Below, in pieces: positions 1 through 17,145 of a stretch of 64,000 nucleotides of DNA. Positions within the stretch are counted from its first letter, which is position 1. Every line of letters begins with the position of its first letter. A model generated the notes under the pieces. That model made no database searches, was not told the origin of the DNA, and saw only the letters and a program-made list of their open reading frames with translations. The stretch comes from the human T2T-CHM13v2.0 reference genome, Homo sapiens. The position numbers and the translations under genes are program-made. The DNA lies in NCBI RefSeq assembly GCF_009914755.1, contig NC_060930.1; one strand, written 5' to 3'.

Positions 1-442
1 CGAACCCACGCCTGCATTCATCCAAAGGTAGACCGACCAGGTGATGTCAGCCCAGCCAAGACCTCAGTATGTGAAAGTGCTGGTGAACTGCAGCAGCCAG
101 TCAGTTGCTCACTCCTGCTGGGTGAATCAGCCAGGAGAAGAGCAGCCAGCGAGTAGGTGTGCAGCTTCTTTATTATGCAATTGGAGGGGATGACATGGTT
201 GTCATAAGATGCACTTTTAAGTGGCTGAGTTTTCAATATCGAAGGTGAAAGCAATAGAAGATTTTTGCAACTTTTAAAGAAAAGGTTTTTTTTTTAATGG
301 TGTCTTTTAATTTTTTAAATAAAGCACTAAATGAACCTTTTCTCACTCTCCATCCTCTCTGGCTGCCTGCTCACAAATAGTGATTAAGGGCTGTCTGACA
401 TCCAAGGTCACTGGACTGGCAGGGATACAGAGCCCCTCTAGA

Positions 443-800
443 AGAGGGTTTGCCAACTATGGCCCACCGCTCCATTCCAGCCCACCATCTGCTTCTGTGC
501 ACCCCATGAGCAAAGCCTGGCTTTCACATTTTTAAATGGTTAAAAAAAATCAAAAAAGCCATATTTCATAACACACGACTCACATTTCATCACACATGAA
601 AATTAAAATTACGGGAAATTCAAGTTTCAACATCCATAAAGAAAGGTGTATTGAAACATGGCCATGCTCATTTGTTTACATATTATCTATGACCGCTTTC
701 ATGAAATAACAGCAAGGTTGAACAGTTTTCAGAGACTGTGTGGCCTATAAAGTCTAAAATGTTGACTGATTCTTTAGAGGAAAAAGTTTGATGACTCCTA
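443..800. mobile_element. MER58B-like hAT-Charlie non-autonomous DNA transposon
   Basis: Degenerate termini (agggtttgccaactatggccc ... aaagtttgatgactcc) and internal catgctcatttgtttacatattatctatg, matching recalled MER58 consensus. Confidence 0.7.
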
Positions 801-858
801 CTATAGAGTTTGAGGAAGAAGCATACTGGATCCTGTTATTTGGTCTCTATGCATTTTC

Positions 859-1164
859 TTTTTTTTTTTTTTTTTTTTTTTGAGACGGAGTCTTGCTCTG
901 TCACCCAGGCTGGAGTGTAGTGGTGCGATCTCAGCTCACTGCAACCTTCACCTCCCGGATTCAAGCAATTCTCCCTGCCTTAGCCTCCCGAGTAGCTGGG
1001 ATTACAGGCGTGCACCACGACACCCAGCTCATTTTTATGTATTTAATTGAGAGGGGGTTTTGCCATGTTGGCCAGGCTGGTCTCAAACTCCTGACCTCAG
1101 GTGATCCACCTGCCTTGGCCTCCCAAAGTGTTGGGATTACAGGCGTGAGCCACTGCATCTGGCC
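859..1164 (-). mobile_element. AluS (Sx/Sz-like), full length
   Basis: Poly-T then gagacggagtcttgctctg...ggcc; TSD tctat/ggcattttc on both sides. Confidence 0.95.
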
Positions 1165-1229
1165 TCTAGGCATTTTCAATTACTCTCCTAACTGTTTTAG
1201 ATTACTTTTATTCATTTAAAAATCTACAT

Positions 1230-1530
1230 TAAGCTCCTAACTAGGCAGGCAACATGCTGGGTCCTGGAGGTACAACTGAGAACAATGAGGGACAGTCCCT
1301 GTTCTCAGAGCTGAAAGTCCAGTAGAAGAGCAGGTGTTCATCACACCATGCAAATGCAGTCTACCAAAAAACAATAACCTTGGCAAGTGTTCAGACGGGA
1401 GGTCCATAGAGCTATAAAAGCACAACATAGGTGAATTGACCTCCTGTTCTGGGATATCAAGGAAGATATGCCAAAGTGTAGATTAATGATTGATCTGGAA
1501 TTTGTAGGAAACGTTGAAGCTAGGAAGGGA
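1230..1530. mobile_element. L2 fragment
   Basis: Degenerate L2 3' region (acagtccctgttctcagagctg..., ggatatcaaggaag...); boundaries approximate. Confidence 0.45.
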
Positions 1531-1704
1531 AGAGGGAAGACAAGGAGTATTTCAATTTCTTGACCATATCCTTCTTACTTTCTTCCAGTCCTTACTGTAC
1601 TGGGATGGGGTGAAGCACAGAAAAGGAAGGGAACAAGGATGAGGCAAAGGTGGAGGGTTAGGTAGGATCCAAGCTATGCAGATAAGAATGGTGGGAAGTT
1701 GTGC

Positions 1705-2150
1705 AAGATGTTCTCAGCAGCACTATGCCATTAGCAAAACTCTGGAAGCAACCAAAAGACCAGAGGAGAATCGATAAATAAAAACTGTTGTATTCACACA
1801 ATGGAATATTAAAAAGCAGTGAAAGCAAATCCACTACAACCACATGCAACAACATGGGTGAGTCTTAGCAACACGTTATGAAATAAACAAAGCAGGTCCC
1901 AGTAGATAACACATAATACGACAAACTTTTCAAAAATTTAAAGGTAACTAAAATTTAACAAGACATATTTTAGGAATATACTACTGTAATAAAACCATGT
2001 TTCAATAAAGCAAAGAAATAGTCAAGTACAAGGCTTAGAGTTGTGAGTTGACAGTGTTAGGGGTTGGGGAGAAGCACTCAGGTAGATAAATGTTGTGAAT
2101 GTTCCATTTTTTGTGGGCAATAGATTCATAGGTATTTATTATACTAAAAA
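1705..2150 (+). mobile_element. Old L1M (L1ME-like) 3' fragment
   Basis: tattcacacaatggaatatt...gcaacaacatgggtgagtctta, typical of L1M 3' regions. Confidence 0.6.
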
Positions 2151-2155
2151 TTCGA

Positions 2156-2317
2156 GGCCAGGCATGGTGGCTCACACTTGTATTATAATATCAGCATTTT
2201 AGGAGGCTAGGGCAAGAGCACTGCTTGAGCCCAGGCTTCAGTGAGCTAGGACTGCACCACTACACTCCACCTTGGGCGTCAGAGCAAAACCCTGTCTCAA
2301 GAAAAAAACAAAAAATC
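2156..2317 (+). mobile_element. FLAM_C-like Alu monomer
   Basis: Single monomer ggccaggcatggtggctcac...ccctgtctc plus A-rich tail. Confidence 0.85.
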
Positions 2318-2332
2318 AAAATAGCCATGAGC

Positions 2333-2450
2333 CTGATGTAACTATTACACATTGTATGCCGGTATCAAAATATCTCATGTATCTCATAAATATACAAACC
2401 TACTAGGTACTCACAAAAGTTAAAAATTTAAAAAAAAATGAAAACAAAAC
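2333..2450 (+). mobile_element. 5'-truncated L1MA 3' end
   Basis: tacacattgtatgccggtatcaaaatatctcatgt... with A tail; TSD aaaatagccatgag / aaaatggccgtgag. Confidence 0.75.
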
Positions 2451-2780
2451 AAAATGGCCGTGAGATGTCATGGCAATTTATAACAGAGGGTGGCATGTTC
2501 AACATGCTCATTTGCAGTTCAACATAATCTCTCTGGCTGAATTCTGGAGAATTCTTTGGAATGGGGCAAGAGTGGAAGCAGGTAGCCCCGTGAAGAGGCT
2601 ACTGTCAATGTACAGCCAGAGATGAGGGAGGCTTAGACTTGGGGAAGGTGGCAGAGGCAGAGAGAATCGTACCTTTGCTCAGACTGACTTGCTATCCATG
2701 CTTACATTTAGGGCATCGGTATTAAAGAAACATCAACTCAACACTCTATTAAGTAGATGCTAGGAAATAAAATGAATCAG

Positions 2781-3023
2781 GTGGGAGCTAAATGATGAGA
2801 ACTTATGAACACAAAGAAGGGAACAGCAGACACTGGGGCCTACTGGAGGGGGGAAGGTGGGAGGAGGGAGAGGAGCAGAGAAGGTAACTATTGGGTACTG
2901 GGCTTAATACCTGGATGATGAAATAATATGTACAACAAACCCCCATGACACGTGTTTACCTATGTAACAAACCTTTACGTGTGCCCCCGAACATAAAATA
3001 AAAATTAAACTGTAAAAAAAAAA
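2781..3023 (+). mobile_element. 5'-truncated L1P (older L1PA/L1PB) 3' UTR
   Basis: gtgggagctaaatgatgagaac...tgtacaacaaacccccatgacac...tttacctatgtaacaaacct plus A tail; TSD-like aaatgaatcagg / aaattaatcagg. Confidence 0.85.
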
Positions 3024-3285
3024 GGAAATTAATCAGGACAGTGCCTTTGACAATAGATTTCCAAGTCATCCCATTAGAAAAGGTGTTATCAGGTGAATCA
3101 ACATAGACTCCATCTGAATGATGATTTGGAGATAATCTGAGCATTATCATCCAGGGTAGCTAGCATAAGAGAGCTCCAGAAAATCCTCTTATCTCCTAGA
3201 AAAGTAAGAGAAAAATCACAACAAAACTATAACTGGACAATGTCACCCCCATCCTCCCAGGGAGGTTTTCTCCCCTCACTTTTAT

Positions 3286-3335
3286 TGTACCTGTCTTCTA
3301 CCTCCACAAATGTACCTGTCTCCTACCTCCACAAT
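3286..3335. repeat. 25-bp tandem duplication
   Basis: tgtacctgtcttctacctccacaaa followed directly by tgtacctgtctcctacctccacaat. Confidence 0.95.
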
Positions 3336-3695
3336 TTACTACTTCTCTGAAGTAACAATTCTGGGAAACTGATTTCCCAACCGTCATGTTTAGTTTGGCC
3401 AACTGCTCACTCGTGACTGCAATTTTAGGTACAAGGGTCAAGGCTAAAGTCCAGCAAAGACGAGTGATGATTCTGCGACCCATTCTCACAGGAAGGCTTG
3501 GAGTCATTCATGGGTGGCCGCCGTCTTCTCTTCACTAGGCAGCTGGTGGTACATCAGAAGGCAACTCGTTGTAGGCCTTCCAGGTTCGGGCTGCTTGGTC
3601 TCTCACCAGTTCTCTACTATGAGGCTGCCCAGTGAAGTGAAGCTTAGGATTCGGGGCTGTTATCTTAGCTCCACCCTTACTAGCTAAGGGACCTC

Positions 3696-3713
3696 GGGGC
3701 GGGGTGGGGTGGG
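3696..3713 (+). promoter_or_regulatory. G-quadruplex-forming / GC-box (SP/KLF) motif
   Basis: GGGG-C-GGGG-T-GGGG-T-GGG: four G-runs with 1-nt loops. Confidence 0.5.
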
Positions 3714-5052
3714 CCATGGACCCGTGAATCTGTGACAACACAGATGTAGGCACTCTGCAAATGTTAGTCACCATCCCCAGGAAGCAATCTCAAAACACCC
3801 CTCCTCCCTGCCATAGATGCTGCTGGGTTTCTCTGCATCATTATCAAATGGTCCAGTATAACTTCAACTTCTCTCCAACCAGCCTGATTTTCCCCACAGA
3901 CACAGGACAGAAGAACAAGGAGCAGGAGCTGGCTGACGCTGTTCTTGGTGGTCATAGATCTTTTTGTCCACCCTCGTGGACAGGCTTTATCCTCTGCAGT
4001 GCCCAGAGGCTTCTTTCTTTCATTTTCGGCTCTTTTCTTTTTTTAAATCCAGTCGCTTGTTGGTTATCATACTTGCAAAGCAAACAATTGGGGGGTGGAG
4101 GGGAAGAAGAAAAAACGTAATGGGCCAACCACACTTTCCTCCATCACACCCCATCTCCTGAGCCAACAGGTCTACTTGTCTTCTTCCAGTTCCCTTCCCC
4201 AAGAAATAACAATGCATGACATTATTTACAAAATGAGTTTCACAGTTCCAAGTTTTGAAGCCTTTCAACTGAGTTTTCCGACTCTGGGGATATTAGATAA
4301 GAATCTGCTGTCAAATGATATGAATAATAATAATGATAATCTTTTACAAGGGCTGTGAAACCCCTAAAGAACAACAGATTTTGAATTCTGAGAAATCCAG
4401 AGGGTGGCTCTCTCAGACAGCCTCACACAGGGGAGCTCCGATGGCACTGGGGGTCGGGGCGGAGGCAGGATGCTCACCCAAGAGCATCCTCAGCATGCAT
4501 TCACATGCCCAGTGGACTTGGGAATTATGTACTCCAGTAACCCTGACGAGATCACAGTTCACTCATTTACATTGCATATTGAACAGACTTGCCCCGAGTA
4601 ACAGATAAACATATTTACATGGATTATGAGTCATAGCCCTGAAGAGCTGGAAAAGGTCTAGAAATCATCAAACCAAACTTGCTCATGTTACAGAAAAGGA
4701 CACTGAGGCCTGGAGACCGCAAGTTACTGGTCCAGTCACACTCAGTAGCAGGGCTGGGGCTCAGATATTGCTTTCCAAGTGCCCAGTGTCTCCGAACTTT
4801 AGTGGAATTATTCTGTTATCTTACAACAGACAGAAAAGCAGTGAGGAAAACAAGATGGAGAAAAATGAAATTGAAACAGAGAAAAGGATGGAAGAGATAG
4901 TGACAGAAATTACAGGAGAGACTGTCTGCCCCACCCATCTTTATCTTTCTCTGTATCTGCTTGATCTCATTCTTTTCTGTAACCTGTCTCCACCCTGTCT
5001 CCCACAGGCTGGCTCGTAAAACAGCATAGCATTATTTAGTTTATTCCAAATA

Positions 5053-5815
<763 letters not shown>

Positions 5816-6012
5816 CACTTTTAAAGAGGGCCTGCAATGAGCAGAACATTAGTGGGGCTGAGAAGAGTCAGGGCAAATTTCTCAGTATCTTTGCACCATG
5901 CCCACCCAGGCCCATTCCCCCCCCACTGCCAGTGAGGATGTGAGACCTGATCATTTAGGCCTAAAAGTGCAGCTCACAAGCATCATCTGGCACTGACAAA
6001 AAGACAGAGTCA

Positions 6013-6316
<304 letters not shown>

Positions 6317-6457
6317 GATTCTTGGGTACCGCCCCAAACCTAAGGGATCAGAACCTGCCTGTTAACAAGATGCCTAGATGACTCGTAGGCACATTGAAGT
6401 GTGAAGCAATGACGTGGAGGGCATTAGAAATGGCTCTTCACCTACATGCCTCTTTCA

Positions 6458-6934
<477 letters not shown>

Positions 6935-7834
6935 TCAGGCCAGATGTCATCCTGTGACAAAGTCCCAAGAATCCCTATGACAAGTGGAGTTTTGCGAAAT
7001 CTGAAGGGATGTAGATTTCCAATATTTCCAGCCACTCCTGAATCAGAAAAGTATAAAGAGCGGAAAATATTTAATATTTTGAACTTGCCCAATTATGAGG
7101 CAAAGCTAATCTGTTTCCATCCCTTGCTGGAAAAGGGGAACTGGGGTGGGGTGGTGTAGGAAGATGTGGCTAGTCCTGCTGCTTCAAAGAGGCAACTTTG
7201 CAGCCAAGGTTTTCTAATGAGGAGCCTGGTGGCAAAATCAAAATAAAAAATTAGCAAGAGAAAATTTTCAGTTGTCAGTTCCACTTAGGGAGTAAGACAA
7301 AGAATAAAAAGCATCGTATGGAAAAACAGTTCCAACATTGAAGCTGGTGAGGGAATATTGACTTATATCCTTATTTTTCCCAAGTGCCATGTCATCCCAT
7401 GTGTCACACTGATACCAATGAGGATTTCTTGTTACATAATCCCTTTGCCAACATCAGGAAATAGTCCTGCCTTTGATCTAAACAGATGTGATCTTGAGAG
7501 TTACCCTCCTTACAAATCTCCAGTTAGGCTACTCGAAATAAGATTTCTGAAAGGGGAGAGAAGAGGAGAAAAGTACACATCAATATAGAATGAGTAAGCT
7601 TTAAAAAAAAAAAAAAAAGAGCAAATTCTACAATGTGCATCCTATGAATAGACACTGCCAATATGTGATGTATATAAAGCATTCTACACCCTTCAGAGGT
7701 TTTACGTCATCTGCAGATTTTGCCAATCATGTTCATATTTATAGCCACATGCAACTCTTCGTGACACAAAAGCTAAAACAAAGGCCAAAACTTCTACCCT
7801 GTAGAATCTGAATTCTGTTGCTTTCCACCTTGTC

Positions 7835-7872
7835 TACACACACATACATACACACACACACATGCACACACA
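7835..7872. repeat. Imperfect (CA)n microsatellite
   Basis: tacacacacatacatacacacacacacatgcacacaca. Confidence 0.85.
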
Positions 7873-9206
7873 AGCCATTACCATAAAACAGCCCTCCCAT
7901 GCCCATCACAACCATGTAACATCATGTTGTTATTCAACGAAGACTTCCACGCAAAGGTCTCAGCCACCAAGAATGAAAGCAAGCCTCACACCCACATCGG
8001 ATTGCCCTTGTCATATGGAGAGAAGATGTGCAACTTGGCTTCTGAATTGGAAATGCTCAGGGGAAAAAAAAAAAAAAAAAAAGACTTCAGGATCTCAGCA
8101 AAACTCCGAAGTTACCACCTCACTCGTTCAACATGATCATAAAATAACACACGTGTGTATACTTTCATGCCCCCATATGCTTTCTAGGCCTTCAAAAGAT
8201 ATTTTTCTCTATTTTTATTGAACTTTGAATGCAGCCCCGCAACAATGAAACTCTGAGGCTGTTCCAGTCTGCTTTATATTTGAGCTGGCTCCGAGCAAGA
8301 CAAGTAAATTGTAGTTCAGTTCCCTCCTGCTATAAAAATCAGCAAACCTGAGCTCTGTTTTCTTCTCGTCATGGGCAGGTTGTTCATAGCCAGGACCCAG
8401 TTCAAATAACTTGAGATATTTTGCCTCTTCACAAAAAGTTGGGGGGCTAGGACGCAGAGGAAAAAAAAATCCTTTAAATCAGTCATAAGCCCTCCGAAAT
8501 GGAAGGCACTGAGAGGAAGGGAGTGTTTGGCTCACTGCCATTTTGCAAATGTGTTTTCAAAACCAATTACGATGCAGTGATCAAGCAGTATATCTGTTCC
8601 TACACCAAAATCCTTAGACCAATCAGCGGGGTGGGGCTTTCTTGGACTCCCTGGTTCTTGGGAATGGGGGAACAGTTCTCTGTAGAAGGCTCTTGATATA
8701 AGAAAGGATTTCGTTCTCAAAAGGACATCTTTTATTCCTCCATCTGTTTCCTCTCACAGTACAATTTGGGGTCAACTCAGGTCTTAGAACATTTCAAGGG
8801 ATAATTTGGCACTTTCTTTCCATAAATGTGAATATGTCGACTGCAAAGGGCTTACTTTTCCTGCCTCTTTCACCACAGAGAAGTACGGGGTGAAGGGAAC
8901 ACTCCCCAACTTGCCTCTATCTGAGGATATATTATCAATAGACAGGGAGTGAATGACTTTTGAAGGGCAAAAAAAGGACACCCCCAAAGAAAAAGGTGGT
9001 AATTGAATTTGTTTTCAAAAACTGCAAATCCCTGTATCTGCTTAAAGCAAATGAGGCGCTAGTGCTGCAAAGACCATTGTTCCTCTCAGGCAGTATCTCC
9101 CCAAGTGGAAGAAGACTGGACAGCCTTTGACATAGCCACTGTGTCTCTTCAAATGGTGAGCTTTGTCTCCTCAAGTTCAAACTACTGGGATGCAGCATGG
9201 AGTTAG

Positions 9207-9593
<387 letters not shown>

Positions 9594-10094
9594 AACAAAG
9601 AGATTTTTAATTCTGCTACTGAAAGACTAAACTGTCACTGCTCCTAAGCTTCTTGCCCTCTTCAGTGGGGTGAGCTCCCTGAATGTAGAGGTAATCAAGC
9701 TGACGGTGTGATGGCTGCCACAGAGTACAAGCCACGCAATCTCTATCACCACCATATCAGGTGCCCTGGCTATTTCCCCAGCATCAGGGATCCTCTCCTC
9801 CTCCCTGTCCGCATAACTCAAGAGTACAGGAAGCAACACCCACTTCCAGTATAATCCAGTATTTTATTTTCAAACATAGTGCTAAAGAGAAATTGAAAAT
9901 AAAATCGTTTACAATAAAATGACCCTTGTGAAAGAATAACTAATTTTATACAATGCTCTGTACCACCAGGGAAAGAAGAAGGGGAAATGAATACAAAAGA
10001 GAAATAAGAACTTGCTTAAATGGATAGGTAAGTTTTTCAGATGGTGTCAAGATAAATACCTTGGTAAAATAAAAAGATTATATTTTTAAAATTA

Positions 10095-10418
<324 letters not shown>

Positions 10419-10761
10419 TTAATACTAGACATAATAATTAGATGTAACAGTTATTAATTTAAAAAGTTTTATTAAAACTTTTTTTAAGTTGTAAGTGCAG
10501 TTTTTTTATTTTGGTAGTTGTTGCGGCTGGGTTTGTTTGTTTTGGTTTTGGCAGACGCATTCTTATAGAACAGTAGAGCCCTGCTCTAGATTTCTTAGAA
10601 AGTACTTCTGTCTCTCTCCTCATTCAGCCCCAGGACTATCACACTCCCCAACAAGGAGGGGAGCATCACAAGGAAGGGAGTTGATATGGTGAGGCTGGCC
10701 CTGACCAGGAAGGAGCAGCTGCTGGGAAGCTGGATGCTAAGACCCTCCCAGCCTACCAGGA

Positions 10762-11514
10762 TGCTATGGGCAGAATGTTTGTGTCCTCCCACAATTCCTA
10801 CGTTGAAGCATTAACCCCCCATGATGGCATTTGGAGGTGGGGCTTTAAGAGGTAATTCGTTTTAGATGAGGCTGTAAGGGTGGGACCCTCAAGATGGGAT
10901 CAGTGTCTGCTGTGGTCTGAATGTTGGTGTTCCCCCAGAATTTATATGTTGAGACTTAACCTTCAAGGTAATGGTATTAGAAGGTAGGGCCTTTGGGAGG
11001 TGATTGGATCAGAGGGGTGGAGGCTTCACAAATGGGATTAGTGTCTTTAAAAAAGAGGCTGTAGAGAAACTGCTTCCCCCTCATGTGAGGACGCAATAAG
11101 ACACCATCTTTGAAGCAGAAAGTAGCCCTCACCAGACACTGAATCTGTTGACACCTTGATCTTGGACTTCCCAGCCTGCAGAACTATAAGCAGTACATTT
11201 CTGTTGTTTATAAATTACCCAAGCTCAGGTATTTTGTTACAGCAGCCAAAACAGACTAGGACAGTACCCTTATAAGAAAAGGAAGGCAGAAATCTCCCCC
11301 TCTTTCCACGAGCACACACCAACAAAAGGCCATGTGAACACACAGTGAGAAGGCAGCTGTCTACAAACCAGGAAGAGAGCCCCCACCAGAACCCCACCAT
11401 GCTGGCACCTTGATCTCAGACTTCCAGTCTCCAAAACTGGGAGAGATAAATTTCTGTGGTTTAAACCACCCCATCTGTGGTACTTTGTTAGGGCAGCCTG
11501 CACTGACTGAGACA
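10762..11514 (+). mobile_element. MaLR solo LTR (MLT1A-like), split by a second LTR
   Basis: TG...CA termini; 5-bp TSD cagga / caggg; MLT1A-type motifs. Confidence 0.85.
10908..11263 (+). mobile_element. MaLR solo LTR (MLT1A0-like), nested
   Basis: tgctgtggtctgaatg...gactaggaca; TSD gtgtc / gtacc. Confidence 0.85.
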
Positions 11515-11850
11515 CAGGGTAAACCCCTATTTAACTCCATCCTTCCCCTCAAGGCGAGCAAGCTTGTCCCTCAGGTCACCTTCCTCCCGCTGCTAAAAAT
11601 AATCCCACCTTAGCCAGGCCCAAGTGATCTTCACTTCTTTCCTTCCTTCCTTCCTTCTACAGATCATGGGACTAAGCTTCTGACTTCTGGAAGTCAGGGA
11701 GAAGATACAGAAACCAAACCTATGTTTCTGCACACACCGGGCATGGGACATCCTCTCTTTCAAAGACCAACTAGAAAAATCTGACGGCTCCAGGATGGTT
11801 TGCACCAACATCATTCCAGGGAGAGGTGTTCTGTCTGCTTCTTTCCAACT

Positions 11851-11948
11851 GTGATTGGCCTTGTCCAACATTCTCTCTCCAACATGCGCGCTGTGTCTGG
11901 TTTTTATAAATATCCTCCGGAAGGAGGTGAAAAGGTCATCCTGACTCA
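11851..11948. promoter_or_regulatory. Candidate enhancer/promoter motif cluster
   Basis: ATTGG 11854, TATAAATA 11905, CCGGAAG 11917, AAAGGTCA 11931 and TGACTCA 11942 in unique sequence. Confidence 0.4.
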
Positions 11949-12441
11949 CATCAGCAAAAGTAAGAGGGCATTGGTGGAGCTTGTCTCCATCAATGATATA
12001 TTTTAGAAATCTCCTAGCAACAACAAGCCTCTTTGTTATTGAAATGTTTTTGAAACATGAAGACACAAAAAAAATACACAAAGTCTGGGTACACCCAGAC
12101 ACCCAAAACTCTTGCACTCGGCAACGCAGTTATATTTTGCTGAAGTTAATGTGGTAAGGGTCAGGAGGGCAGACAGGACAGGGGCCAAACAGAGGTGCAA
12201 TTTCCACACAAACTTCACCTCTGCCTGTCCCTAAATACCCCATTTCCACTCCACCTGGAGATTTCAGCTGTGAACTATGCAAGGGTGAGAAGGTTTGGTT
12301 TTCCCAAGCTTTGCCAAGGTCAAAAGCATTATGAAGAACGTTACTGTAATTAAACATCATGAAAGCATCATGGAGGATGCTGTTGTAATTAAACCAACAG
12401 TTCTCATCTCCCCCACATGCTGCAGTGGAACCTAAGTGTAT

Positions 12442-12445
<4 letters not shown>

Positions 12446-12474
<29 letters not shown>
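12446..12474 (+). repeat. A29 homopolymer with no attached retroelement body
   Basis: 29 consecutive A after gtgtatttat. Confidence 0.9.
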
Positions 12475-12477
<3 letters not shown>

Positions 12478-12881
12478 GGGGGAGTTGTGTAAAGGAGGAG
12501 GTTCAGAAAAGAGAGGAGAATTCCGGAGGAGAGTTAAGTACTAAGGAATGGGGGTGGGTGTAGCCCAGTCCAGCGGCCCTCCAAGGAAAGAAAGGAGCAG
12601 GCTTTCTGAAGAGATGGGGAGCCTGGGGGAAAGATAAAAAAGAAAAAAACAAAACAAAAAAAAAAAACAGTAGATTGGATCATCAGATGTTTCCTGAATG
12701 TACTCAGGAGGAGACCAAAGAGAAGGTGTAATTTCACATAGGCAGGAACATTTGCGGCATTCTTCCAGACAGAACCCAAGGGACACGGGGCCCCATGGGC
12801 TATGTCCTGCTGTCCACACAGGCTTTAAGAGTGTCCAGACAGGACATTCAGAGATGGCATTTCTCAGGTCAGAACCACTAA

Positions 12882-13442
<561 letters not shown>

Positions 13443-13889
13443 TCAAGACCTTCAGGAGTTCATACTTCCTGCCCTCTTCCCCATTCTAATTTTTTAAACC
13501 ATGCTATGCAAACTATGCAAGGTCCCTTGTTTCTGCCTCAAAGACACGCCCCAGTTAAACATGGAGAGCACTCAGGGAATTCACTCTGCCTGCCTTTTGT
13601 GCCTGGAGTGAGTTATCCTCTGCTACTGTCCTAACCCATGGTAAATCCACCCACTAATCCGTGGAGAGGCTGGTGCCTACCTGCTTCCCTTATCCCAGAC
13701 CCATCTCTTTGCCTCCGAAGATGACTTACTGGCCAGTTAGTTACACCATTCTTTAACATTCTTTAACCTTAGACATGGAGAGCATTGGTGGATATAATTA
13801 CACTTGATAGTTCTTGCCACAATATCGTCTTTGGTCCTTATGGGGGCCCTTTCCTTGTCTATTTGTTTTATCTATCCCCTTTGTCCCCA

Positions 13890-15840
<1,951 letters not shown>

Positions 15841-16035
15841 AAAAAGAGCAGTATGGCAGAGCAGGAACTGAAATTTTCATTTTGTCTAAGTTAATTATTC
15901 CTTCCCGCTAACAAGAGAAGAAGGTCTTCCTGAGCTGAGCTCTGCCAGGAGAAGAAAAGTTGACTTTTCTCCCTGCCTTTCCCCTTCCTTCAGTCAGTGA
16001 TCCCCACCTAACCTTCAATGTTTAAAACCATTCCT

Positions 16036-16384
<349 letters not shown>

Positions 16385-17145
16385 TTAGAAACATAACATC
16401 AAACTGTAAAATTTACAGTGACATTCAGCTGGATTTTAAAAACCAACTCCTTCATTCATATTTCTCACTCTCACTTCGATTTCCCCCCTTTTATTCCATA
16501 GTCCTTTTTACTAAGTCTCAGTGCATGGAGTACCCTCTCCTTCCCTCTGCAAATTCCACCCCTCTTAACCAGGAAAGGAGTTCTGCACCTTGGATTCCCA
16601 CTTGCTTCTTACAAATGCCTCAACTTTGGTGGGACTGAGTGGAGGTTTGAGGCATGAGCAGAGTAGGGATGAGCTCCAGTTCTGTAAATGAAAACAACAT
16701 TGGGTGCCCAATTCCAATTTAATATCTTAATTTACTCTAAGAGCACTCTGGCTAACTCCCAACTGGTTTATTTGGAAATTGCAAAGAACACCTTGCCAAG
16801 TCAAGCATTAATTTCCCTTGGAAACACCACAATGTAATCTCATGTGAAGAAAGAATATCCCTAGAGTCTCTGTGACTTTGACCATCCCCCTTTCATGAGC
16901 TGTGGCATGATAGTATGACGGAGCTGTTTACTCTTTCCTGGGCCTGATACAACCTGTGACAGTCATCACACTAGCTATAAGTGACTCTCTTTCTGCCATC
17001 TCCAGCTCTCATTAAGTTTTTTTCTGGTTTGTTTTGTATAGATGCCAGAGTCTTTGAATAGATAGGATGAGTGTGAAGAAGCAAGGACAGTTTATCCTAC
17101 CAGAATCCCTTTCCTGACCCTTGGATCACAATTGAAACTTGTGAT

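Noticed and set aside
1-270. Possible minus-strand exon or promoter at the window edge
   Set aside because: Only a weak AAG acceptor and loose CCAAT/ATAATAAA motifs. It is truncated by the window and the peptide is unrecognised, so no gene is named.
11593-12117. 174-aa minus-strand ORF
   Set aside because: Non-ATG start, no recognisable domain, runs through a (TTCC)n repeat, and has no convincing splice boundaries.
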